Shown here in pieces: positions 1-8,888 of a stretch of 53,064 bases of DNA. Under the pieces are notes generated by a model, which was not told the DNA's origin, did no database searches, and worked only from the letters and a program-made list of their open reading frames with translations. The position numbers and the translations under genes are program-made. This DNA comes from a virus (Duplodnaviria; Caudoviricetes): positions 1 through 53,064 of IMG/VR virus record IMGVR_UViG_3300025009_000137, one strand, 5' to 3'. Positions within the stretch are counted from its first letter, which is position 1. Each line of letters opens with the position of its first letter.

Positions 1-130
1 AACATTCCCCAATGATATGCTTGAAGATATAGAAAAATATTGGCATGAGCAAAAACTGAAAAATAGAAATGAAGCTATTAGGAAACTTGTTAAAATTGGT
101 TTAGAATCGGGAAAGACCTCTAAAAAATAA
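1..130 (+). CDS. Ribbon-helix-helix (CopG/MetJ-like) regulator, 5'-truncated by the window edge
   Basis: Near-identical to 37298..37465; reads TFPNDMLEDIEKYW...NRNEAIRKLVKIGL. Confidence 0.75.
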   Translation, partial: TFPNDMLEDIEKYWHEQKLKNRNEAIRKLVKIGLESGKTSKK

Positions 131-193
131 GAGGTCTTTATTTTTATTCATTTTCAAGGTTATAATATTCAATTATCTACTATTTCTTTAACA

Positions 194-215
194 AACTAAC
201 GCACCTTCGTTAGTT
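194..215. other. Palindromic putative tyrosine-recombinase site AACTAACG-CACCTT-CGTTAGTT
   Basis: 8-6-8 inverted repeat identical to 37526..37547; homology between A and B ends just after it. Confidence 0.6.
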
Positions 216-217
216 GG

Positions 218-451
218 TTATTCATACTCCGATTCGATCCAGGGATCTGGTGGATACGTCTGAATAACTACTCCATCCATGATATTGAAATAATCTAAAT
301 CATCTTGAGTAAGCTGTGTCTCGTCATACCTAGATAGTCTGCGACCATTTATATCAACTCTTGGATCACCAAGTATTTGACCGCTAGGCAATGGTACTTC
401 TGTGCTCTCAAAACTTTCCAAACTTGGCCAAATGATATAATAAAATGTCAT
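218..451 (-). CDS. Hypothetical protein (variable cassette region)
   Basis: 77-aa ORF overlapping the upstream stop; ends at the palindromic site. Confidence 0.6.
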   Translation of the reverse strand: MTFYYIIWPSLESFESTEVPLPSGQILGDPRVDINGRRLSRYDETQLTQDDLDYFNIMDGVVIQTYPPDPWIESEYE

Positions 452-1176
452 GGTAAAACAACTCCTCTCTGTTTTAAAAATTTTTTAATAACTCGGTGCT
501 GTTTTTGCACCATGCTATTACTAAGAAACTTTGAGTAAATCAGCATGTAATACAACATACCAACTAAATACGGTGCGCCACTTGTTTGTGCTCCAATGCG
601 ACAACCTACTGTATTAGAAGGGTTTGCTGCTGATACGTGACCGTATAATTCCTTATCTATAATCATTTTTCCAGTAGCAAAAAGATTATTATAACAATAG
701 GTAAAAATATGTGGTGTATATACATCAAATGAACCTGCCGCTTTCGCTAACTGCGTTGCTGTTGTTGTACCGACATTTAAACATCCACGCATATATTTTA
801 GATAAGGACTTATGTTCGTTGACATTCCCGGTGATGCGTTAATTATTAGTCTGTCAGTTGCACTAATAGACGAACCTAAAACGGTGCCACCACTACTACT
901 AACCTTGCTTACGGTAATAATAGTAAAATCGTTTTGAACAGATAGAGCGTTTTTAATTGCATCGGGCAAGGTTATATAATCGTCATAAAATTCTACACCA
1001 TTTAAAACTCTGGTTGGTTTATTCCCTCCGGCACCAAATGTTCCATGATTACCATTTCCAGAGTAATCAATTAGTGTATCGCCTTCAAGTTCATCAAAAC
1101 GATATTCAGCAATTAACCCTTCAGTATACATACCTTCTATACTGCTTGTTTTTGGTGATAGAACTGATATTTTCAT
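448..1176 (-). CDS. LamG/concanavalin A-like jelly-roll protein
   Basis: GLIAEYRFDE...LIDYSGNGNHG, RIGA and terminal IYSKFLS motifs typical of LamG-like domains. Confidence 0.7.
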   Translation of the reverse strand: MKISVLSPKTSSIEGMYTEGLIAEYRFDELEGDTLIDYSGNGNHGTFGAGGNKPTRVLNGVEFYDDYITLPDAIKNALSVQNDFTIITVSKVSSSGGTVLGSSISATDRLIINASPGMSTNISPYLKYMRGCLNVGTTTATQLAKAAGSFDVYTPHIFTYCYNNLFATGKMIIDKELYGHVSAANPSNTVGCRIGAQTSGAPYLVGMLYYMLIYSKFLSNSMVQKQHRVIKKFLKQRGVVLP

Positions 1177-1190
1177 ATTCTTATCACCGC

Positions 1191-2204
1191 CTAATATAAT
1201 TCCACATCAATATTTACTACTGTTCCCCGTCCTGCAATAATATCAACCAGGACTATTAAATTTTTAACTGAATTAACATCAACGACTATCACTTGTGAGA
1301 GCGGTTGACCGCTTATACCACCCAAAAGTGATAGCAAATTTGCATCTACAGCATACCAATCGTTGGAAGTATCGTTTTTGCTAAAGAAAGGTACTATACC
1401 AACAGAAGGAGCAATTCTCAAATCAGTCACAGTAGATTTTATATAGATGTATGCTTTAGTTTTGCCGACACATGAAATTTCTTCTATGCCAGAAAAAACA
1501 TAAGCATTGTTCGCAACAATAGAGGCAGAAGTAGACGCAATGCCTGTTCCAACAGTCTGCACGTTTACAACGCCCGCACTACCCCCTGCCTCAACAGTTC
1601 CGACAGCGGTAATAACACAACCTGTAGCACGTTGTGTTTCGGTTACACGTGCAACCCAAAGAGGTGCAGTTGTTGACGTACTAAGGTAAATATCGTAGTA
1701 TTCTGCGCCTGTTGCTTGGGGAACCGTTATATCTATGCTTTTATTTACTGTAGGCGCAACAGTCACTAAAGCACTAACACCAGCAGAACCATAACTATTA
1801 CCAGGAGCAACCCCTATGCCATGAGCAACTGCCGTAAGTGAACCTGCTGTCGCTGGTTGGTCTGCTGCGGTTATTGTGATTGCAGGTACTTTATCGACAG
1901 ATGTTATCGCTGTACGGTGTGCGATAACCGCAGTTCTACTACCAGTTAATTTTATACTACCAGGATTACTATCAGTGAATATCTCTGTCCCACTTGAATC
2001 TACTGGGACAACCTTGCCATCAAATCTCTTGTATGTGTTTGTACCAGGAATGCGTTGCAACATAAAAGAAGTTGTAGCTAACGCATTTACGAAAGTTTCT
2101 TCATCACCTAATGATCCTTGGATATAAACATCTCTATCACCTGCTGAATTTGTAATACTTGCTTGACCTAATTTTCTATTTGAACGATCAATAATATCAG
2201 ACAT
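1191..2204 (-). CDS. Putative capsid-associated/decoration protein with variable C-terminus after KLTGS
   Basis: Directly downstream of the MCP; Thr/Ala/Val-rich; composition shifts near 1940. Confidence 0.6.
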   Translation of the reverse strand: MSDIIDRSNRKLGQASITNSAGDRDVYIQGSLGDEETFVNALATTSFMLQRIPGTNTYKRFDGKVVPVDSSGTEIFTDSNPGSIKLTGSRTAVIAHRTAITSVDKVPAITITAADQPATAGSLTAVAHGIGVAPGNSYGSAGVSALVTVAPTVNKSIDITVPQATGAEYYDIYLSTSTTAPLWVARVTETQRATGCVITAVGTVEAGGSAGVVNVQTVGTGIASTSASIVANNAYVFSGIEEISCVGKTKAYIYIKSTVTDLRIAPSVGIVPFFSKNDTSNDWYAVDANLLSLLGGISGQPLSQVIVVDVNSVKNLIVLVDIIAGRGTVVNIDVELY

Positions 2205-2221
2205 ATAAAACCTCCCTTTAT

Positions 2222-2253
2222 AAAAAATAAGAGGTAGTTAATACTACCTCTTA
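2222..2253 (-). terminator. Intrinsic terminator after the major capsid gene
   Basis: TAAGAGGTAG/CTACCTCTTA stem followed by a T run on the minus strand. Confidence 0.7.
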
Positions 2254-2266
2254 AGTAAATAACTAA

Positions 2267-3367
2267 TTAACCAAGTAGAACACAAGCAAGTTCCGGGGTT
2301 AGTGTTTTAAAACCACAAAGCATATCTATGGATACAGTATCAACTTTATTAGTCAAATTGTAACCATATACTACTCTCAAAGCTAAACCGTTATAATTCA
2401 CAATAGCAGCTTTGTCAGTACCCATCGGTAATTCTAAAGGCACACTTACCATAGCAAAAGCATTTTTGTGGAAGGCAATATTGCTTGCATGTGAAGCAGT
2501 TAAAGTTACAGCATCATCATTTGCTACTGCCGTTTTCAAGGCAGGGTAAATAGTAATATCTTGATCGGCAGTGGATAATGCACCTGCAACTGTAACAACA
2601 TAATCGTTGCCACCGATAGTAAGTAAATCACCAACTTTTAATACAGTAGTAACACCATCAACGTGTATAGCAGTAGCACCAACATCATAACCTGCTACCA
2701 AATCAATTAAGACAGTACCAGCACCAGCAGTATGAGTTTTGATATTTTGATCTGTATAAATATCAAAACCAAATTTTCTACCTAATCTAGCTTCCATTAA
2801 TCCATCAGTGTTACCGGATTTATCTGCTTCAACAAAAGTATCAAGTTCCAAAAGTTTAGCATCAGCGGCGGTATCTAATACAAGATTTCTACCTGCAAAA
2901 GGAACTTTATTATCATTCATTTTCTTACGAATTCCTAATATTGAAGCAACCCCACTTGGAGTAGTACCAGCAGTACCAAATTTGTACGGAATATCTTTAT
3001 ACAACATTGCAATTCTACTATCAATATCTTGTGCAAATGCTTCCATAGCTGGCATCAATAATTGTTGTGAAAAATCATTAATTTCTAAAGTTAAATCTTT
3101 TGCAGTAACACTGAAGGACACATCTAAATGCTTATCTAATGTTATGGATGTGCTACCTTCAGTTGCAGTTTGTACACTTATTTCAGAAGTGAATTCATTA
3201 ACACTGAATGTTGCCGGTTTACGGATCGTGATTGTATCGCCCTTTTTAGCACCTTGAAATTCTTGTGCATAGTTTTTATAGATTAAATTACTCATTACCA
3301 TATTGTTTTGTAATACCATTAATGCTTCTCTTGCAATGATATCAGGGGTTAAAAATGTATTTGCCAT
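2267..3367 (-). CDS. Major capsid protein (P22 coat-protein-like family)
   Basis: MANTFLTPDIIAREAL, KGDTITIRKP, DMLCGFKTLTPELA; follows the scaffold gene. Confidence 0.85.
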   Translation of the reverse strand: MANTFLTPDIIAREALMVLQNNMVMSNLIYKNYAQEFQGAKKGDTITIRKPATFSVNEFTSEISVQTATEGSTSITLDKHLDVSFSVTAKDLTLEINDFSQQLLMPAMEAFAQDIDSRIAMLYKDIPYKFGTAGTTPSGVASILGIRKKMNDNKVPFAGRNLVLDTAADAKLLELDTFVEADKSGNTDGLMEARLGRKFGFDIYTDQNIKTHTAGAGTVLIDLVAGYDVGATAIHVDGVTTVLKVGDLLTIGGNDYVVTVAGALSTADQDITIYPALKTAVANDDAVTLTASHASNIAFHKNAFAMVSVPLELPMGTDKAAIVNYNGLALRVVYGYNLTNKVDTVSIDMLCGFKTLTPELACVLLG

Positions 3368-3391
3368 ATTATATGACCTCCTATTATTTTT

Positions 3392-3961
3392 TTATTTATT
3401 TCTTGCTTTGATATAATCATCCATACTTAATTTACCTAAATCATCCATAGTGTAACTTTTGTTACCACCACCAGGAGGATTAGTTCCTGAACCAATTGGA
3501 GTAGTTTCTCCAAACAGATAACCATCTGAAGTTTGTAATGCTTTAAGTTGATCATCTAACCCTATTAAATTGTCGCCATCTACAATAATCTTACTTTCAT
3601 CTAGCAATGCTTTGATTGCTTTAATATTCTTACCTTTTGCTTTATTTAGTTCTGCTTCTAATTTAAAATCAAAAGTTTGCTTCTTAAGTTTTTCTTCATA
3701 TTGCTTAGTTGCTTCCTCATTCTTCAATTTCAACTCTTCAAACTGTTTGGTTAGTTCTTCATTCCCTACTGCCTTAGTCTTTAATTCTGCTAATTGCTTA
3801 TCTCTTTCTTCTAACTGCTTCTTATATTCCTTTTTACTTTCATTTGCTTCATTGAATTTATCAATAGGAATATATGTACCATCATTGATGATCAATTTCT
3901 TATCACCCATTTTTTCTTGCACTTGCTTAAATAATTCTGCACCTAGTAAATTTTCTAACAT
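3392..3961 (-). CDS. Capsid scaffolding protein (Gp20-like)
   Basis: YIPIDKFNE, coiled coil, IKALLD...GLDDQLKALQTSDGYLF. Confidence 0.85.
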   Translation of the reverse strand: MLENLLGAELFKQVQEKMGDKKLIINDGTYIPIDKFNEANESKKEYKKQLEERDKQLAELKTKAVGNEELTKQFEELKLKNEEATKQYEEKLKKQTFDFKLEAELNKAKGKNIKAIKALLDESKIIVDGDNLIGLDDQLKALQTSDGYLFGETTPIGSGTNPPGGGNKSYTMDDLGKLSMDDYIKARNK

Positions 3962-4066
3962 TATTTCAATCTCCTCTCAATTTTCCACTAACCTTTTTTA
4001 AATGGTTGGCACCATCTGCGATCTTTTGTTTAACCTACAAAATACTAAAAAAGGCAATTTTATAAT

Positions 4067-4873
4067 TTAATTATCTAATTCAGGTAAGTATGCTCCATAG
4101 GCATGTTTACAGTTTGGATGGAAAAGTCCTTTAGATTTGGCATAATCTAGTGTCTTATATCCTTCAGTTTTACCTGTAAGGGATAATATTTCACCCTCCC
4201 AAGGTTTGCATAGTTTACATGGATTAGAATGTTTAGAAATTTTTATTAAATCATATTTATTTTCAACAAATCTATTTGCTGTAGCATTTAAATGTGTCTC
4301 CATAACTCCTGTTCTGATAACCATTTTTGTATAATTCCCCATGTTCCACTGTCTACCTGCACTATCTTGAAAACCAGTTATACCATTCTTCAATAAATCA
4401 TTTAAATAGTTTCTTGAACCTTGTTGCCATGATTTATTACCTATTGAAACTTGCTTTATATGATCCAATGCTAAATTTCTATATATATCTTCTACCCTTC
4501 TGCCAACAGTAAAGAATTGTTGCTCTAAACGATTATATATACTATCACTTGCAATTTGTACTGCTATTGAGTGAATCTCTCCCATATCAACAGTAGTACC
4601 ACCAGCTTTTTTAATCTGTTTATCAGCAAATTGTACACCAGAAAAATATATTTTTGGCATAACCTCAGCTAACCAAGATTTTGTTTCGCCTCTTAAATCA
4701 TTCAATATATTTAAACTATCTGATTTTGCTTTATTAATACCTTTTAAAAAAATATTTGTTGATATGGCAATGGTAAATGCTTTAATTATGAAATCTTCAA
4801 CAGTATCAAATAAACTTGTTAATCTATCTCCTTCATCCTCTGATTCTCTAATTAACTCTTCATCTATTGCCAT
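4067..4873 (-). CDS. Phage minor capsid / head morphogenesis protein
   Basis: DSAGRQW, C-x2-C-x-PWEG and GLFHPNCKH motifs. Confidence 0.85.
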   Translation of the reverse strand: MAIDEELIRESEDEGDRLTSLFDTVEDFIIKAFTIAISTNIFLKGINKAKSDSLNILNDLRGETKSWLAEVMPKIYFSGVQFADKQIKKAGGTTVDMGEIHSIAVQIASDSIYNRLEQQFFTVGRRVEDIYRNLALDHIKQVSIGNKSWQQGSRNYLNDLLKNGITGFQDSAGRQWNMGNYTKMVIRTGVMETHLNATANRFVENKYDLIKISKHSNPCKLCKPWEGEILSLTGKTEGYKTLDYAKSKGLFHPNCKHAYGAYLPELDN

Positions 4874-6264
4874 TATACAACACTTCCAGTATTAGGTAAT
4901 GTTATTTTAGGAGGTTCAACACTATCAGCTTTTTTTTCTGCATTTATTTTATTAATTTCATTATCTAACTGTTGACCTTCTAATCCATCTAATCTTCTAA
5001 TAGATGATTCTAAAGAAGATAATCCTGAGCCATACCTTTGTGTTTCAATAGTTGTTTTCTCTCCATCATCTTCAGGTAATCCATCACGCCAAAATAAGTA
5101 AACATTGTTTAATTTTGTTGCTCCTGGTTTACCTTGTGCTACTTCTAATGCAGAAGCTAATTTAAGCACTTTTTTAATTTGAGGATCAAAAGATAAACGA
5201 ATTCTGTTAACTTTTGCTAAACTTGCCATCAACAGACGTTTTAAAGCTGAACCTGATTCTGCTAATCCTTGCTTTATATTTCCAAATGCGGCAGAACTTG
5301 TCTCGCTAAGAAAATATAACTGGTCAATCAAATAATCTATTTGCTTAAATCCTGCATCGAGATGTCCCTCCCAAACTAGATAACCCGGAATAGGATCATC
5401 TTTACTTTCTATAGGATAGAATTTACTACCACCTCTGAAAGAAGATTGTCCAAATTCATCTATTTCTAAAGCACTTGATGGGCCGTACATATTCGGGTCA
5501 CTGTGCTTGTCCAAGATCCGACTGATCTGAGAAAATCTAATCTCAATTTCTTGAACAATACTATCAATATCAGTATAGTCATCATGTCCTGTCACATCTT
5601 CTGAAGTTATTAAATTAGATACACGAACAATTAAAAAATCATTTATACCTGTATTCTGTGTAGTAGATTCTACTAATTCGGATATTTTATCTTTTTGCAA
5701 TATATAAGTATTAGTTTGAATCTTACCTTTGTAGTGAATCTCTGCTCTTAAATAATCAGTTTTATTTGATGTATATGTCCATGCCAAAACATGATTAAGA
5801 ATATCACTAACATTAAAAGGATTTACTACAGGGAACCAACAGCTTGGACTGTTTGCCTGAATAATAGAATAATTATCATCATATCTAATTTTAAATAATC
5901 CATCTGCGAATCTTGAAGTATCTAAGGCAACCTTGTAACATTCCATGATAAAATTATTATCTTCAATTATTCTATCAAGATTATTTTGTTCAGGAGAATT
6001 TACATCACCTGAAACTATTCTCGGAGGCTCGCCAAAAAGCAGATCAGAAAAAAGTTTAGTAAGTCTACGATGCCAATTTAAGATGATCTCCATAGTTGCT
6101 TGTTGATCATCTCTAAGTAATCTAACCCAATCTGTATATACTTGATCATGCTTACCTTTAAATAGTAAACGATTAGTATTATACATTTTTAATCTTTCTC
6201 TGGTATCCTGATCATCTGGAGGCCATGATTGACCAATTTGTAAAAAGTTTAAATCAGTAAGTAT
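4873..6264 (-). CDS. Portal protein (SPP1 gp6-like); probable ATA start
   Basis: ESGSALKR motif; lies between terL and minor capsid; SD GGGGTG then ATA at 6264, with an in-frame TAG immediately upstream. Confidence 0.85.
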   Translation of the reverse strand: MLTDLNFLQIGQSWPPDDQDTRERLKMYNTNRLLFKGKHDQVYTDWVRLLRDDQQATMEIILNWHRRLTKLFSDLLFGEPPRIVSGDVNSPEQNNLDRIIEDNNFIMECYKVALDTSRFADGLFKIRYDDNYSIIQANSPSCWFPVVNPFNVSDILNHVLAWTYTSNKTDYLRAEIHYKGKIQTNTYILQKDKISELVESTTQNTGINDFLIVRVSNLITSEDVTGHDDYTDIDSIVQEIEIRFSQISRILDKHSDPNMYGPSSALEIDEFGQSSFRGGSKFYPIESKDDPIPGYLVWEGHLDAGFKQIDYLIDQLYFLSETSSAAFGNIKQGLAESGSALKRLLMASLAKVNRIRLSFDPQIKKVLKLASALEVAQGKPGATKLNNVYLFWRDGLPEDDGEKTTIETQRYGSGLSSLESSIRRLDGLEGQQLDNEINKINAEKKADSVEPPKITLPNTGSVV

Positions 6265-6295
6265 CTATTTCACCCCACTTTCTTATCTTATTTAT

Positions 6296-6359
6296 GTATA
6301 CATTTAACCATTGATTTTGCTAGGGTATACATTGGTATACCTGTATACAAAAAGTATAC
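6296..6359. repeat. Array of five GTATAC palindromes (spacing 29/10/8/11)
   Basis: Copies start at 6296, 6325, 6335, 6343, 6354. Confidence 0.8.
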
Positions 6360-7627
6360 TTACCACCCTTTAGGTTTTTTAACTAAACTTAAATGTCTTT
6401 TCTTATTTATATCTTCAATTGCATATCGTAAAGCATCAATACCATGATTATATTTATCAACAGGAATATTTACATAGATTCCATTACTATCTTTTTTCCA
6501 GGTATAGTTTTGAAATTCTTCAATGATATGAGTACATAATGGATGAATTATTATTTTGAATTGCTGAATAAATTGTATTCCAGTGAGAATAGAACCTGTA
6601 CCTTTTCTGGCTGGTACAATTCTATAAATACCATATCTTTTAATTTCTTCTATACTTTTTTGTTCTGCTGAATCAGCTACTATTTTTTCTTTTGCATATC
6701 CTAAATTTATTATTTTTTTTGCTATCTCATTATTAAGTAATCCTTTTTCTTGAAATTCATTAAATATGTAAAGTTTTCTATTAGGTTCATCAGCTAAAGC
6801 ACAAACAAAAGCTGTCGGATCATTGACGTAACCAAAGTCAAGACCAAAGACAGCTTTAAGAATTTTATTTTCTTTTAGTAGTTGAACATAATCAAAATCT
6901 TCTATTTTCCAGTTATTAAATATAGTTTTATCAAGTGTAGCAAATTCACCTAAAGCATATATTTTGTAATAGGCAAAATTTGTTTCTCTCATTTCTTCTA
7001 ATGTTTGAATATAATCAGGAGTAAGAAATTTATTATGTTTATATGTGGTATGAAGTATACTTGTGGTTTTTGTGTCTAATTCTCTTATATGCCAATGATT
7101 GTATACCCAATTAGATTTTGATACTGGATTGTACATTAGATGAATTTGATTATATGGATTTCTTGAACGTAAACGTAAATTTAATTGTGAGAAATCTTCT
7201 AGAGTTAATTCTGTTGCTTCTTCGATAATAATATCGTCAATATTAGCAATTGATTTTATTTTTTCTGAATCGTCAAGCCCCCTGAAAATTATTTCAGAAC
7301 CATTTTGAAATTTAATTGTTAAGTAGCTGTCACGGAATTCAACTTGATTATAAAGTCCCCAATCTGATATGACAGATTTGAATAATGCATAGATTGAATC
7401 TCTAATTGTGTTGGCAATTTTTCTGATAACTAAACATTTACGATTAGAATGTTTTAGATATTTAAGGATTAGTTTTTGCACTACAAAATGGGATTTGCTC
7501 AACCAGAGCCAGCACCACCATAGAATATATTGAAACGAGTATCATATTGTTGAAGATGTGGATAGTATGTTTCGTTGAAAACACGTTTAGTTATTTTAAA
7601 TTTTAGTTGTGATTGTGATTGACTCAT
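6360..7627 (-). CDS. terL: Terminase large subunit (PBSX family), split in Walker A by a 5-nt gap at 7497..7501
   Basis: ORF 7499..7627 ends YGGAGSG*; the downstream frame continues KSHFVVQK, IEEATE, GLDFGY, NHGIDALRY. Confidence 0.9.
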
Positions 7628-7696
7628 AGCATCACCTCCATTTTTAACCCTGGTGTTTTGAGTGAAAAAATTAAAATTTGGTATATCGAGGAAAAT

Positions 7697-7760
7697 TTTT
7701 TTCAAAATTAGAGGGGGGTGGGGTCTAAAAATTTTTATAAAATATTCCTAATTTTGAAAA
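7697..7760. other. Putative packaging (cos/pac-like) site
   Basis: G run GAGGGGGGTGGGG flanked by TTTTCAAAATTAG/CTAATTTTGAAAA inverted repeats in the terS-terL gap; conserved near 44380..44445. Confidence 0.4.
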
Positions 7761-7986
7761 TTTATTTTTTATTTCCCCAACCACTTAGCACAAAAGAAAT
7801 ATTTCATACTGATTTTATTACTTACTCTATCAATACAAATACTAAATTAATTATGCTAGAATAATATAAATACTATTAAAGTAGTCCGATTTATTGCTCA
7901 TTCTTCTGAATAATCCAGCATAATTATTATCTAAACCTTGTACCCATGATTATACCTATGTTTCTTGAATGTTCAGTCATATATCT

Positions 7987-8014
7987 AGTTTACATAAGAT
8001 TTATTATCGGAACT
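7987..8014 (-). other. dif-like Xer recombination site
   Basis: Minus strand AGTTCCGATAA-TAAATC-TTATGTAAACT; 11-6-11 layout with a Firmicute XerD-type arm. Confidence 0.65.
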
Positions 8015-8129
8015 TCATATACTTATCAATGACTATTAATTTCGCTATGATTATATCTATCATCATAGCTTATTATTAATATGTACCTTGCTACATATCA
8101 CAACCCTACCCTTGTGAACGTGTATTGTA

Positions 8130-8537
8130 CTATTTAACCTCATCATCAATTATATCAACAATAATTTCTTTGTTTGTCTGGACTATCTCTTGCTTATCTA
8201 CCCATCCGTACAGGTTTTTTAAAGAAAAGATACCGCCTGTGGCTTTACTACGATTGTATAAGCGTTCTTCATATTCCATCTCAATATATCTCTTCGTATC
8301 CTTAATCAAGTCCACATATTTTTTCTTTTCCTTATCACTCAACCTTTTCAACCATCCATTTTCTTCACTATGCTCATAATTCTGAATAGTCTGCTTACTA
8401 CAACCTAACCACCAAGCTAATCCTGTTACAGTGATATGTTTTTCATTTACCTTAGTCCACTCATAATATTCATCAATATATTTCTTTAATTCTTCAGGAT
8501 TATTCCATTTCATCGGTTTACCAGCTTTACTTGCCAT
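8130..8537 (-). CDS. terS: Terminase small subunit
   Basis: ITVTGLAWWLG and GGIFSLKNLYGWVDKQE; upstream of terL. Confidence 0.8.
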   Translation of the reverse strand: MASKAGKPMKWNNPEELKKYIDEYYEWTKVNEKHITVTGLAWWLGCSKQTIQNYEHSEENGWLKRLSDKEKKKYVDLIKDTKRYIEMEYEERLYNRSKATGGIFSLKNLYGWVDKQEIVQTNKEIIVDIIDDEVK

Positions 8538-8589
8538 GTTAATCACCTCACTTAATAAATTAAACAAATAAAAAAGAGCCAAATGGCTC

Positions 8590-8838
8590 TTAACCTTTCA
8601 TTCCTTCATTGTATTTTCTAAGTAACCCTATAATAAAATCCATACCATCAACTACTCCAGTTAAATATAGTGTTTGGTTTTGATTAGAAGTATTTATTTT
8701 GTTTTTACACTCATGTTTAATTTCTTCAAATTTTTCTACGACTTCACCTAGATGCCTGTTCTTTAACTCAATTACTTCCTTGTTCTTATCAACAAAAACA
8801 TTTAAACCAAAATCAAAATCAAAATCTTTTACCACCAT
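8590..8838 (-). CDS. Hypothetical protein (moron)
   Basis: SD GGGGGTG, own promoter and terminator; B has an unrelated gene at this slot. Confidence 0.6.
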   Translation of the reverse strand: MVVKDFDFDFGLNVFVDKNKEVIELKNRHLGEVVEKFEEIKHECKNKINTSNQNQTLYLTGVVDGMDFIIGLLRKYNEGMKG

Positions 8839-8860
8839 TTTCACCCCCCTCTGTTTATAT

Positions 8861-8888
8861 ACTTCAACAAAAAGAAGGTTTATCCTTT
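8861..8888 (-). promoter_or_regulatory. SigH-like promoter
   Basis: AAAGGATAA-11 nt-GTTGAAGT; identical at 45611..45638. Confidence 0.45.

Noticed and set aside
2808-4001. Plus-strand ORFs overlapping capsid and scaffold genes, and similar antisense ORFs at 14597, 32235, 40262, 42560 and 51411
   Set aside because: Shadow frames of well-supported minus-strand genes, with no RBS or motifs.
6296-6359. CRISPR array
   Set aside because: Units are 6 bp with irregular short spacers, and there are no cas genes in the window.
7497-7501. terL TGA as selenocysteine or a recoded stop, or as a self-splicing intron or intein
   Set aside because: Readthrough leaves the wrong frame, 5 nt cannot hold a ribozyme or intein, and TGA ends other ORFs normally.
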